This document shows, piece after piece, positions 9,438-18,537 of a stretch of DNA of 58,736 nt (its first letter is position 1; each line of letters begins with the position of its first letter). The stretch is from a virus (Duplodnaviria; Caudoviricetes), in the IMG/VR virus record IMGVR_UViG_3300023243_000165, positions 1 to 58,736 of that record; one strand, given 5' to 3'. The notes under the pieces were generated by a model. It saw only the letters and a list, made by a program, of their open reading frames with translations, made no database searches and was not told the DNA's origin. The position numbers and the translations under genes are program-made.

Positions 9438-10055
9438 TTAAAGTATCAATTCTGTTAAATCTTTATTTGAACCTATTGTACCTTTATAAAAAGTATTAAA
9501 AGCTAAACTTATTCTAGTATTAGTGCCTTGTTTGGTTTCTACTTGATGAGTGGTTGATGATGGAAACATTACTAATTGACCAGTTTCTAAAGGAAACCAC
9601 CAAGTTTCAGAGTTCCATATATTAAAATCTTTTGTTTCAGGTTTTATTTGCTGGTAGCCTACTGGATTTGAAAATTTAATTTTATCATTTTCTTTGTCAC
9701 AATCAAAATATAATACACCAGATACAACTGAATTTGGGTGTGCATGAATATGATGATATTGATTTTCTTCTGTATAGTTTAACCAAGATTGAGTTATATA
9801 AAGTTCTATATTGTTTTTAGGGGAGATAATTTTTTCAAGATAATCTTTACAACATTGATCTAAAAATTTTTTAATATTTTTAAACTCTTTTCTATTTAAA
9901 ATGTAGTTATCTTTAGTGTTAATATTTCCTTCATTTTTACTACAATGTTTTTTTTGTTCATTTACAAATTGTAATTCTTGTTTTGTAAATTTTCTATCTA
10001 TATTTGACATATAAATAGGTATTGGAAATAAATTTTCAATAATAGGTTCTTTCAT
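9438..10055 (-). CDS. Putative 2OG-Fe(II) oxygenase (TIGR02466-like)
   Basis: 'HIHAHPNSVVSGVLY', 'MFPSSTTHQV', 'RISLAFN'. Confidence 0.88.
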   Translation of the reverse strand: MKEPIIENLFPIPIYMSNIDRKFTKQELQFVNEQKKHCSKNEGNINTKDNYILNRKEFKNIKKFLDQCCKDYLEKIISPKNNIELYITQSWLNYTEENQYHHIHAHPNSVVSGVLYFDCDKENDKIKFSNPVGYQQIKPETKDFNIWNSETWWFPLETGQLVMFPSSTTHQVETKQGTNTRISLAFNTFYKGTIGSNKDLTELIL

Positions 10056-10067
10056 ATTATTAACAAA

Positions 10068-10508
10068 TTAATAAATATTTGTTAAATCCCAATTTTGATT
10101 TTCTTCATTCCAAACATAACGCCAACTATGAGTTTCAGCTGTATTTTGATCTTGTTGTTCAGAATTTAATGTTGGCATATTACCAATAGGTGATTCCCAA
10201 ATACAAGTAGTTTCATTTAATATCCATGATGCGTAAGGTTTAGGTGCTATAAAAGCATCTCTATCTTCATCATAAGTATAACCAATACTAGCATGATTTT
10301 TTCTAAAAGGTGTTCCACCATTATCATGTACTCCACTATGAGTATTATAAGAAGTCTGAACCCAAATAGACCAACCAGTTAATTTAGTTAGAAAATCTAT
10401 TCCATTAACTTCTTGTTCAACTCCATTACTATCATGTAGCACTTCATTAACTACTGATTGAACTTCTATTACTTTATTGTTTAAACCTATTTTTGCGAAT
10501 GATGCCAT
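10068..10508 (-). CDS. Tail-fibre partner/chaperone
   Basis: 'FAKIG..WVQTSYN..RKNHASIGYTYDEDRDAFIAPKPY'; paralogue of 11883..12227. Confidence 0.75.
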   Translation of the reverse strand: MASFAKIGLNNKVIEVQSVVNEVLHDSNGVEQEVNGIDFLTKLTGWSIWVQTSYNTHSGVHDNGGTPFRKNHASIGYTYDEDRDAFIAPKPYASWILNETTCIWESPIGNMPTLNSEQQDQNTAETHSWRYVWNEENQNWDLTNIY

Positions 10509-11881
10509 TATGATGTGTAACTCCCTGAACCATTAAATGTTAAAACTGTTTTTCCACTAACTCCTGTAGCAACTGTTGGAGAACCTGATGTAGTTCCTGA
10601 ATAACTTGCGTCTGGCATACTTAAAATAACCACACCTTTACCACCAGCACCACTTTGACCAGAAGAAAAAGCTCCACCACCACCACCACCAGTATTAACT
10701 GTTGCATTACCACCTGCTGGAGAACCACTTCTAGCACCTGTTCCACCACCACCAGCACCACCAGAAGCAACTGGTAAAGTTGAACGACCTCCACCTCCTC
10801 CTCCTGCTCTTGTTACTGCTGAACCAGTTATTGAAGATGATGTTCCTGCACCACCAGTTGAAACATCAGAACCATTTACACCAACTGCACTTGCACCACC
10901 TCCACCACCTGCTCTATTAGGAGAAGTTTCTGAAGTTCCACCATTGTTGCCTTGACTTGGAGATGTACTTGGGGTGTTACCTGCTCCAAAAGAAGTATCA
11001 TAATAAGCACCACCACCAGAACCACCAGTTCTACCATTAGTCTCATAAAAACCACCACCACCTCCACCTGTACTTGTAATTGTAGATAAACCAGTTCCAG
11101 ATATTGATGAATTTGAACCATTATTAGACGCAATGGGACCACTTGAAATTGCTGCACCACCATCACCAACTGTAACTGTAATTGAATTTCCAGAAGATGC
11201 AGTTTGAGTTGATGTTCTATAACCACCTGCACCACCACCCCCTCCTTCAGAGAAACCACCAGAACCACCACCTGCAACAACTAAAAACTCTATACTATAA
11301 GGAGGAATAACAGGAGCATCTACTACAGCATCATCTTCAGTTGGAATCCAACCTTGTGTAGCACCTGAATAAACTATTCTTAATGATTGACCATTAGTAT
11401 TATATTCAACCGTTAAAGCATCTGTATCACCTTGATATTTTAAACCATTGCTATCTATTATAATTTTGTTTGAACCCCAAGTTCTAGCATAATCTACAAA
11501 AATTAATTCATCACCAACACTTGCTGATGCTGGAAGTGTAATAGTACAAGCATTAGAAGTCGTATCAATCCAATATCCATTTCCTGCAACTGCTGTTAAA
11601 GTTGCTGCTGTAACAATTGAAGATTGCCAAGCAATTCCCGCTCCTTCTAGAGTGGCCCCACCTGCAACAGAAACTGTATCTCCTGATGCTCCTAATGTTA
11701 CTGTAGTTCCTGCTTTAGAAATAACGACTGCACCTGCAGAATCTTTTAAAGTAGAAGATTTTAAATCACCTGTAACAGCTATCGCCGCACCACTAGGCAC
11801 ATTAAAATTATCGCCACTATCTCCTAGTGTAACGTCAGTACCGGACCGTGGACTAATTTTATTTACTTTTACTTCGCTCAT
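10508..11881 (-). CDS. Glycine-rich tail fibre protein
   Basis: N-terminal 'VKVNKISPRSGT' anchor, 'LVVAGGG' glycine-rich C-terminal domain. Confidence 0.82.
   Translation of the reverse strand: MSEVKVNKISPRSGTDVTLGDSGDNFNVPSGAAIAVTGDLKSSTLKDSAGAVVISKAGTTVTLGASGDTVSVAGGATLEGAGIAWQSSIVTAATLTAVAGNGYWIDTTSNACTITLPASASVGDELIFVDYARTWGSNKIIIDSNGLKYQGDTDALTVEYNTNGQSLRIVYSGATQGWIPTEDDAVVDAPVIPPYSIEFLVVAGGGSGGFSEGGGGGAGGYRTSTQTASSGNSITVTVGDGGAAISSGPIASNNGSNSSISGTGLSTITSTGGGGGGFYETNGRTGGSGGGAYYDTSFGAGNTPSTSPSQGNNGGTSETSPNRAGGGGGASAVGVNGSDVSTGGAGTSSSITGSAVTRAGGGGGGRSTLPVASGGAGGGGTGARSGSPAGGNATVNTGGGGGGAFSSGQSGAGGKGVVILSMPDASYSGTTSGSPTVATGVSGKTVLTFNGSGSYTS
11514..11557. repeat. 44 bp exact repeat shared by tail fibre paralogues (second copy 13295-13338)
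   Basis: ccaacacttgctgatgctggaagtgtaatagtacaagcattaga occurs twice. Confidence 0.9.
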
Positions 11882-11882
11882 A

Positions 11883-12227
11883 TTATTCTATTATATCCCA
11901 ATTTTGATTAATTTCATTCCAATTATATCTGTTTTCTGTGTCAGGTAAAGCAACAGGTGCTTCCCATTGACAAGTAGTTTCGTTTAATATCCAACTATTA
12001 AAAGGTTTTTTAGGTATGAAAGCATCTCTATCTTCATCATAAGTATAATCTATTCCTGCAAAGTTTTTTCTTTGACTTCTGTCTTTAAAAGTTTGTACCC
12101 AAAACGGATAGTTAGTATGTTTCTGTAAATATTCTATTCCAGCTTTTTCAGTTGGTACATATTTATCACCAATATGTGTTGTTTCAACAACCTTACTATT
12201 TAAACCTAATTTTGCAAAATATATCAT
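11883..12227 (-). CDS. Tail-fibre partner/chaperone
   Basis: Paralogue of 10068..10508 (YTYDEDRDAFI). Confidence 0.75.
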   Translation of the reverse strand: MIYFAKLGLNSKVVETTHIGDKYVPTEKAGIEYLQKHTNYPFWVQTFKDRSQRKNFAGIDYTYDEDRDAFIPKKPFNSWILNETTCQWEAPVALPDTENRYNWNEINQNWDIIE

Positions 12228-12228
12228 A

Positions 12229-13581
12229 TTATGTTACCAATGTTGCTGGACTTGCTGTCCATGTTATAATTGTATCTGAACCACTTACAGCTGTTGTATG
12301 AGTGCCTGTTACAGTAATTATATTATAATCGGAAGTTGATAGTCTAACGATAACAACTCCATTTCCACCATCACCTCCAACAAAGTTTGTTCCATTATAA
12401 GTTGCTCCACCACCTCCACCACCTAAACCATCTGTACCATTTCCACCAACAGCACCAGGTGATGAAGCTGATCCAGCATTTCCCCCACCTCCAGTTCCAC
12501 CAGAACCTACTGTTCCACCATTATAAGTTGCACCGCCACCGCCTCCAGCATAAATAACTGCTGAACCTGTTATTGAATTTGAGTTTCCATCACCACCATC
12601 ACCACCAACGGTAGTTGTACCATTGTTTCCAACTTCGGAAGCTCCTCCACCTCCACCAGAACCATAATTGGGTCCACCTAATCCTGTTCCACCAGCAAAT
12701 CCTTGACTTGGGGTTGTACTAGGTGTGTTTCCAGAACCTGAAGTTTTAGTAATACAACCACCTCCACCAGAACCTCCATCTTGTCCATTAGCAGCAGTAG
12801 AAGAACCACCTCCACCACCACCTGTTGCAATAACATCTGTAATGTCTGCACCTGTAAATGAACTGTTATTACCACCTGTTCCAGTAGTTCCAGTAAGAGT
12901 AGCTCCAGCACCACCTGTGCCAACTGTAATAGTATAAGTATTTCCATTACTTAAAGTATAAGCTGAACCACCATAATTTGTTAGATAACCACCAGCACCT
13001 CCACCAGCACCAGCAATAGTATTTGGACTCCAAGTTGAACCACCTCCACCGCCTCCAGCGACAACTAAATAATAAGCTGTTCCTTCAATTTGCGGTGTTT
13101 TATTAGTTACATCATCATCAACTGTTGGAATCCAACCTTGAGTTGCTCCTGAATAAATAATGTTAACTGATTGACCATCTGTATTATAAATAGGATTAGG
13201 AGATGTGTATCCTTGAAAATTTAATGAATTTTGATTTATTGTAACTGCGTTGGTTCCCCATGTTCTTAAATAGTCTGTAAAAATAATTTGGTCTCCAACA
13301 CTTGCTGATGCTGGAAGTGTAATAGTACAAGCATTAGATGTTGTATTAATCCAATAACCATTACCAGCTACTGCTGTTAAAGTTGATGCTGTTACAATAC
13401 TTGATTGCCAAGCAATTCCTTCGAAGAACCCTGTAGCCGTTCCGTTATTAGCTAAAGTAGCACCACTAGGTATTGTAATAGTGTCCCCAGATGCTCCAAC
13501 TGTAATTACATTAGCATTTTCGTTGATAATGTTATTACCGTCTTGGTCCTGAACTGTGTCTACTTTTATTATGCTACTCAT
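12229..13581 (-). CDS. Glycine-rich tail fibre protein
   Basis: Paralogue of 10508..11881. Confidence 0.82.
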   Translation of the reverse strand: MSSIIKVDTVQDQDGNNIINENANVITVGASGDTITIPSGATLANNGTATGFFEGIAWQSSIVTASTLTAVAGNGYWINTTSNACTITLPASASVGDQIIFTDYLRTWGTNAVTINQNSLNFQGYTSPNPIYNTDGQSVNIIYSGATQGWIPTVDDDVTNKTPQIEGTAYYLVVAGGGGGGSTWSPNTIAGAGGGAGGYLTNYGGSAYTLSNGNTYTITVGTGGAGATLTGTTGTGGNNSSFTGADITDVIATGGGGGGSSTAANGQDGGSGGGGCITKTSGSGNTPSTTPSQGFAGGTGLGGPNYGSGGGGGASEVGNNGTTTVGGDGGDGNSNSITGSAVIYAGGGGGATYNGGTVGSGGTGGGGNAGSASSPGAVGGNGTDGLGGGGGGATYNGTNFVGGDGGNGVVIVRLSTSDYNIITVTGTHTTAVSGSDTIITWTASPATLVT

Positions 13582-13648
13582 TATTCTCCTTTGGATATTT
13601 AGCTTTAACTGCTAGGCAGTCGTCAATATATTTTTGTACTTGTGCCAT
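13574..13648 (-). pseudogene. Remnant of a tail-fibre chaperone gene (24 codons)
   Basis: MAQVQKYIDDCLAVKAKYPKENNE; 'AVKAKYPK' is a typical chaperone C-terminus, here placed directly after a start. Confidence 0.55.
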
Positions 13649-13830
13649 TACTCTCCACCTCCATTATCTATTACTGTTCCACCATCTGCTATCCATTCTT
13701 GGATTGCTTGGTAATCTTTGTTTGCTTCATCTAGTGGTACTCCATATTCTTTACCATTATTTAAAACCATTTTGTAACCAACTATTTCATTAGTTACATT
13801 ATCTTTTATGTTATAAACATTTGTAATCAT
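13648..13830 (-). CDS. Small tail-fibre partner protein
   Basis: 'VPLDEANKDYQAIQEWIADG' motif after fibre gene. Confidence 0.75.
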   Translation of the reverse strand: MITNVYNIKDNVTNEIVGYKMVLNNGKEYGVPLDEANKDYQAIQEWIADGGTVIDNGGGE

Positions 13831-15104
13831 AATTCTGAATCATATCCTATTGTTGAATTTGCTGCTGGAATTACTGGTTCATTATCTTGTAAACCAGTAA
13901 AACCACTATTTGCTCTAGAAGTTACTCCTGTATCGTCTGTAACAACAGATGTTGCTGTTACTGAACTTGAAATTGCACCATTACCAGCATCACCATAATA
14001 ATATTGATAAGTTCCAGCATCAATAGTTGGTGCAGCTCTTAAAGGAGTTACAGTAAATAATTTAATACCCAGGATTGCAGATGTGCCATTAGCTCTAGCT
14101 CCAGCAAAATAACTGTTTTGAACTATTTGTTGATAATACCTCTGACATCTTCTTTTATTCACATCAACAGGCAAGAACTCAAAATCAGATGCTGATGTTC
14201 CAGCTTCTAATTGTACTCCTGTAATGTAAAATTCGTTTGATGTGCTGTCTGCTATGTTCACTTGACCTACTGCTCTATCAGTTGCTGTTAAAGTTCCCCA
14301 AGATGTTTGTAAAGTACCTGATGTATAATCAGTTCCAGCATATAACCAATTTGCTAATCTTAAACTTGTACTATTATCATTATCAAAAGCACCAGATGTA
14401 TCTCCAGCAAAAGTTAAAGTTTTCTTTTCCCAAGTATCAGCAACATCTATAGTGTAAGATTTACTTATTGCTCTTGCGTTATCCATATCTCTTAATTCAG
14501 AAATATAAGTTCCTGTTTTATTTGATTTTACCCAAAATGAAAGAGTTGTACTTTCAGCGTTTGCTGTTCCTTTTTTTAAATATTGTAAATTTTGACCTTC
14601 AATAAATTGACTTATTCTTAATGCATCTGAACTACCTAAACTTGCATCAGCAGTTGTACAATCCATTTTTAAAGAAGTTGCAAAACCTTGACCAGTTGGT
14701 ACATCAGTATCTTGTGACATTGTAAATGTACCACCAGATGAACCTGCACTACCTATTTGAAATCTATCAACTGTATAATAACCACTTCCAGTTATCCCAG
14801 TAACAGAAGTAGCTCTTTGAGCCTGTGAAAAATCTCCATTGATGATGATGTTTCTAAATGGATTTGGATTATATGCTAATTTAGCAGTGGTTACACTATC
14901 ATCAATTAATTGTGATGCGTTAATAGTTTTATTCGTTAAAGTTTGTGTGCCAGTTGTTGTAACAACTGTTGCAGGTAGAGTATTAGTTGCTGCACTTGAA
15001 TCAAATGTTGCACCTGCGGGTACAGTAATAGTATCTCCAGAAGCACCTATTGTTAGGTCTGTTCCTGATTGTGGTTCTACTGCATCTACTTCTATTTTGC
15101 TCAT
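13827..15104 (-). CDS. Tail fibre protein with carbohydrate-binding-like domain
   Basis: 'RNIIINGDFSQAQR', 'YTVDRF', 'TGVQLEAG', 'RCQRYYQ'. Confidence 0.82.
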   Translation of the reverse strand: MSKIEVDAVEPQSGTDLTIGASGDTITVPAGATFDSSAATNTLPATVVTTTGTQTLTNKTINASQLIDDSVTTAKLAYNPNPFRNIIINGDFSQAQRATSVTGITGSGYYTVDRFQIGSAGSSGGTFTMSQDTDVPTGQGFATSLKMDCTTADASLGSSDALRISQFIEGQNLQYLKKGTANAESTTLSFWVKSNKTGTYISELRDMDNARAISKSYTIDVADTWEKKTLTFAGDTSGAFDNDNSTSLRLANWLYAGTDYTSGTLQTSWGTLTATDRAVGQVNIADSTSNEFYITGVQLEAGTSASDFEFLPVDVNKRRCQRYYQQIVQNSYFAGARANGTSAILGIKLFTVTPLRAAPTIDAGTYQYYYGDAGNGAISSSVTATSVVTDDTGVTSRANSGFTGLQDNEPVIPAANSTIGYDSEL

Positions 15105-15562
15105 TATACGATTACCAATGTTCCTGTTATAGTTTGTGCTCCAGTAATTGTTACGGGTCCTGCTAATACTCCTGAATCTAAAGTTTGATCTTCATCTAAA
15201 GTAGATGCATGAGTGACTACATATCCTGTGGCTTCCATTACTGGAGACATAGCTTTCTTTGCAGGGATTGTACAAAATACTTCTTTTGCACCCGCTGCAA
15301 AATCAATTTTAGCTGTGGTACCTAAGTTATTACTTATGACTGTGTCTCTTGATAAAGTGTCTGTTGCAGCATCGGTTACTGTACCAACACCAACTTCAAA
15401 TTCATCTGTTCCAGTGTTTGTAATACAATAATACGTAGTATTAGTATTACCTACACCCGATACGAATGAAATAAAATCATCAGAAGCACCTGCTAGGTCG
15501 AACGTTCCTGTTCCAGTAGTGGTACTTGTTTCTTTAACTCTATCGTTAATGACAAGGGCCAT
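15104..15562 (-). CDS. Tail fibre attachment/structural protein
   Basis: 'DRVKETSTTTGTG..FEVGVGT..LSR' conserved virion N-terminal domain. Confidence 0.72.
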   Translation of the reverse strand: MALVINDRVKETSTTTGTGTFDLAGASDDFISFVSGVGNTNTTYYCITNTGTDEFEVGVGTVTDAATDTLSRDTVISNNLGTTAKIDFAAGAKEVFCTIPAKKAMSPVMEATGYVVTHASTLDEDQTLDSGVLAGPVTITGAQTITGTLVIV

Positions 15563-15570
15563 CTATACTC

Positions 15571-15999
15571 CTAAGCTATTCTTAATATTGCTGCTGTTGT
15601 CGTAAATGCTGGGAACTGAATAGTGAATGTTCCTGCAGTTGCAGTTTTAACTCCACCAAAATCTAAAACACAAACTGCTTTTTTACCGTCTGTACTATTA
15701 TAAATTAAAGCCCCTTCAGCTGATAAAGTTACTCCAGTAAATGATAAGTTTGCAAAATCAACAATTGCAACTCCTGATGCAACTGATGTTTCTTGTGATT
15801 GTAGCTGTGATCCTTTAGCTGTGTATTGCCCTGAATTAGCTACTTCACTACCTGTTGTGTAAGATGTTGTTGCTGCGTTAATTGTTGCTAATGATGTGTA
15901 TAACGCTAAATTAAATGCGTCGCCACCTGAAGCTAAATCGTGAACTCCGTCTAATAATTCTTTTTTAAATGAATTACATACTGCTTGTGTTATTGCCAT
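15571..15999 (-). CDS. Virion structural protein
   Basis: 'SFKKELL..H..ALYT..GALIYN..LDFGG'. Confidence 0.72.
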   Translation of the reverse strand: MAITQAVCNSFKKELLDGVHDLASGGDAFNLALYTSLATINAATTSYTTGSEVANSGQYTAKGSQLQSQETSVASGVAIVDFANLSFTGVTLSAEGALIYNSTDGKKAVCVLDFGGVKTATAGTFTIQFPAFTTTAAILRIA

Positions 16000-16022
16000 A
16001 ATATTTCTCCTTTAATAATTTA

Positions 16023-16691
16023 TCATGAATTAGGTGAAGGCGAAGGCACTTTTATACGTGGTACACCATCATCAAATTCAGCACGTCTTCTTCTTCCTAT
16101 TTGTTGAAGAGCAAACGCTTGTATTTCTTCATTATACTTCCCTTTATAGAGATTGTACATATCTAGGGGTCCTTTTAGATAAGAAAAAGCTTCAGTTAAA
16201 ACACCGTGAAGCAGTAAAGATTCTTGATACTGAGATAGATAATTTGTACTTGTTGAAGTAAATCCAAGAGGATCAATTATATAGTTTAATTGAACTGCAT
16301 AAGCTTGATCTGGAGTTGGAGCTACAACAACATTATCGTCATCCCAATTAGCATAATACTTAGGTTTACCTGTAGCACCAGAACTATTATATTCTGAGAT
16401 AAAACTAGTATCTCTTTTTTCCATAAAATCTCTAGTTCCTGTTTGATCAGTAGTAGAGAATATTTGTAATGATCTAATAATTAAAAAATCAGCAGGCATA
16501 ACAAGATACCTTTTATCAGCTGTAAATGAAGAAGTAGCGTACTTTCTAGTTTCATCATAATCTACCGCACCTGCAATCCCTAATTCTGTGTTTCTAATAA
16601 ACTGTTGGATTAGAGTGTCTGTTAATACATTAGCATCAACCTCTGTATAGCTTCTTACTTGTGTTAAAAAATTTGAATAAGTTATTGCCAT
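16023..16691 (-). CDS. Head-tail adaptor/tail tubular protein
   Basis: 'GKPKYYA..VAPTPDQAY..Y' adaptor-type motif. Confidence 0.72.
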   Translation of the reverse strand: MAITYSNFLTQVRSYTEVDANVLTDTLIQQFIRNTELGIAGAVDYDETRKYATSSFTADKRYLVMPADFLIIRSLQIFSTTDQTGTRDFMEKRDTSFISEYNSSGATGKPKYYANWDDDNVVVAPTPDQAYAVQLNYIIDPLGFTSTSTNYLSQYQESLLLHGVLTEAFSYLKGPLDMYNLYKGKYNEEIQAFALQQIGRRRRAEFDDGVPRIKVPSPSPNS

Positions 16692-17035
16692 TATGTAATA
16701 CTAATTACTACCTTTCCTACTCTAGTTCCTATTTGTCTTTTATTGTTTTCTTCTAATGGGTCCGTAGAAGGCTGCATACCATTTGAAGTAAATTGTCCAG
16801 GCCAATATTGTGGGTCTAAATAAACTGTAACCGGAGCTGCTCTTTGAGGTCTAGCATTCCATAACGCTTGAGGATCCGCCATATGTGGTTTTGGATCTAG
16901 TTGTGGATGCTTAGCTTCAAATTCAGATGTATGTACCCATGAACCATTCCATTCTTTTACCATTTCTAAATACGGAAAAGCTTGTCCTGATCTATCTGAT
17001 ATTGATTGAGAGCGTTTTCCTTTTGCGTAAGCCAT
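16691..17035 (-). CDS. Conserved virion-associated protein
   Basis: 'ISDRSGQAFPY..EWNG..EAKHPQL'. Confidence 0.7.
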   Translation of the reverse strand: MAYAKGKRSQSISDRSGQAFPYLEMVKEWNGSWVHTSEFEAKHPQLDPKPHMADPQALWNARPQRAAPVTVYLDPQYWPGQFTSNGMQPSTDPLEENNKRQIGTRVGKVVISIT

Positions 17036-17709
17036 TATGATCCTTGTGGGTAATAGACATTAGGTGTGATATAAACAGAAGTTCTCTGTCCATCTTCTTC
17101 TAATGCTCTTTTTAATTCATCTTCATATAATAATTTTAATGCTTGAATTCTATCAGGTGCAATTTTTTGTGATAAGTAGAAAGCTAATCCAGATACCATA
17201 CAAGGAAAAAATCTAAAAGGCATATCTGAAGTATTAGTGTAAGCCCCTACATCTTCAATTCTTGCAAGATAGTAATAGAATATATTACTCACGGCGCTCG
17301 TAGCAGGCGCCAGATATAAACTTATAGTTGGATTAATTTGTCTATTAACATAATACTGCGAAGGTGTTCCTGCTATAGTCTTATCAGGTATCGCAATATA
17401 CTCAGATCTAGATACTTTTGTTAATGTTTGTTGATTACCGCCTGTTGTAGTTACAACAGCTTCAAGTACATCATTACAATCACTAGGTGTGTTATAAGTT
17501 ACTTGTCCATTAATAAGTGTTGTAGTTTCAGATTTAACTTTCCAAAGGTTAATACCTCTGTTACCCCATTCAGAAAATAGTAAGTTTAAACTTCTTCTAG
17601 CAGAACGAATATCGTTACCTGAATTAGTTCTTACGCCACATCTTTCGTAAGCTTCTTCAATAACTTCATCGATTGTAATATTAAAACTTGTAGTTCCTGA
17701 TGTAGCCAT
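17035..17709 (-). CDS. Head-tail connector/adaptor protein
   Basis: 'EEAYERCG..ARRSLNLLFSEWGNRGINLW'; position after capsid block. Confidence 0.75.
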   Translation of the reverse strand: MATSGTTSFNITIDEVIEEAYERCGVRTNSGNDIRSARRSLNLLFSEWGNRGINLWKVKSETTTLINGQVTYNTPSDCNDVLEAVVTTTGGNQQTLTKVSRSEYIAIPDKTIAGTPSQYYVNRQINPTISLYLAPATSAVSNIFYYYLARIEDVGAYTNTSDMPFRFFPCMVSGLAFYLSQKIAPDRIQALKLLYEDELKRALEEDGQRTSVYITPNVYYPQGS

Positions 17710-17716
17710 TGCATCC

Positions 17717-17896
17717 TTATACTAAGATTGCTTTTTTCAAACCGTTTGGTAAGTTTTTTTGTCCGCCAACAAGTTTACCTGTTTTAGCATTCATCATTTT
17801 ACCATATTTAGCTTGACCAATTTGTCCAGTCATTTTATAGTTTTTGTGTCCACCACCAGCAGACATACCGCCTGACATTTTCTTTTGCATCTTCAT
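17717..17896 (-). CDS. Small basic GG-motif protein (59 aa)
   Basis: Hand-translated MKMQKKMSGGMSAGGGHKNYKMTGQIGQAKYGKMMNAKTGKLVGGQKNLPNGLKKAILV. Confidence 0.7.
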   Translation of the reverse strand: MKMQKKMSGGMSAGGGHKNYKMTGQIGQAKYGKMMNAKTGKLVGGQKNLPNGLKKAILV

Positions 17897-17898
17897 AA

Positions 17899-18078
17899 TT
17901 ATTTTACTCCCTCAAATTTACCACCTTTAACAGCGATACCCATACCACCGCAAGATAGATTGATTATTTTATTTTTAGCTGCAGCTTTTGCAGCACTATC
18001 CTGTTTGTCACCTTTGACAGAATCCGTTGCTTCTTTTAATGCTTTTAAGTAAGCTTTATATTCAGTTGCTTCATCCAT
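17899..18078 (-). CDS. Small GG-motif protein (59 aa)
   Basis: Hand-translated; ends LSCGGMGIAVKGGKFEGVK; TAATG-coupled. Confidence 0.75.
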   Translation of the reverse strand: MDEATEYKAYLKALKEATDSVKGDKQDSAAKAAAKNKIINLSCGGMGIAVKGGKFEGVK

Positions 18079-18287
18079 TACTTTAATAAATCTCCATAAT
18101 AGTTTGTTAAATTTTTATTTGATAAATCTATTCCACCTGAATCATGCTTAATAAATTTACCTTGATAAGCTTCAGTTACATGTGATCCCTTACTAGCTTT
18201 CTTAACACAGTTAGGAACTTTTCTTCCACCCTTGGATTTCATTCCAATCATTTCATACCCTTCCCAACAAGGTCCTTTTTTAGCCAT
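18078..18287 (-). CDS. Small basic protein
   Basis: 'PCWEGYEMIGMKSKGGRKVPNCV'; AAGGAG RBS. Confidence 0.75.
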   Translation of the reverse strand: MAKKGPCWEGYEMIGMKSKGGRKVPNCVKKASKGSHVTEAYQGKFIKHDSGGIDLSNKNLTNYYGDLLK

Positions 18288-18443
18288 TTAAATCTCCTTT
18301 TGTGCCGCGGCATTCAGAGTGTATAACTTCTGCTGTTTGCGGTTATATAACTTCTTTGATTGTATCACCTTAGGGCTAAACAGTAAACGTCTTTGCAAGA
18401 GGGTTCTTGCGACCGGGTTTCTTTTCTTTATAGACTTTTCCAT
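18288..18443 (-). CDS. Small basic protein, ArfA-like motif (51 aa)
   Basis: MEKSIKKRNPVARTLLQRRLLFSPKVIQSKKLYNRKQQKLYTLNAAAQKEI; stop abuts next ATG. Confidence 0.6.
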   Translation of the reverse strand: MEKSIKKRNPVARTLLQRRLLFSPKVIQSKKLYNRKQQKLYTLNAAAQKEI

Positions 18444-18537
18444 GTGTTTTTGCGATTACTTTATCAAATTTTCTTTTATCTGATGACCCTAGACCAGGTT
18501 CTAATTGTCTAGCCATCTGTGCTCTTGTTATTGCCAT
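18376..18537 (-). CDS. Micro-protein with capsid-like N-terminus (53 aa)
   Basis: MAITRAQMARQLEPGL...; TAATG-coupled to endolysin stop. Confidence 0.65.
   Translation of the reverse strand: MAITRAQMARQLEPGLGSSDKRKFDKVIAKTHGKVYKEKKPGRKNPLAKTFTV

Noticed and set aside
10068-15104. Diversity-generating retroelement or invertase shufflon
   Set aside because: No reverse transcriptase or recombinase gene, no adenine-specific TR/VR pair seen, and all cassettes are co-oriented
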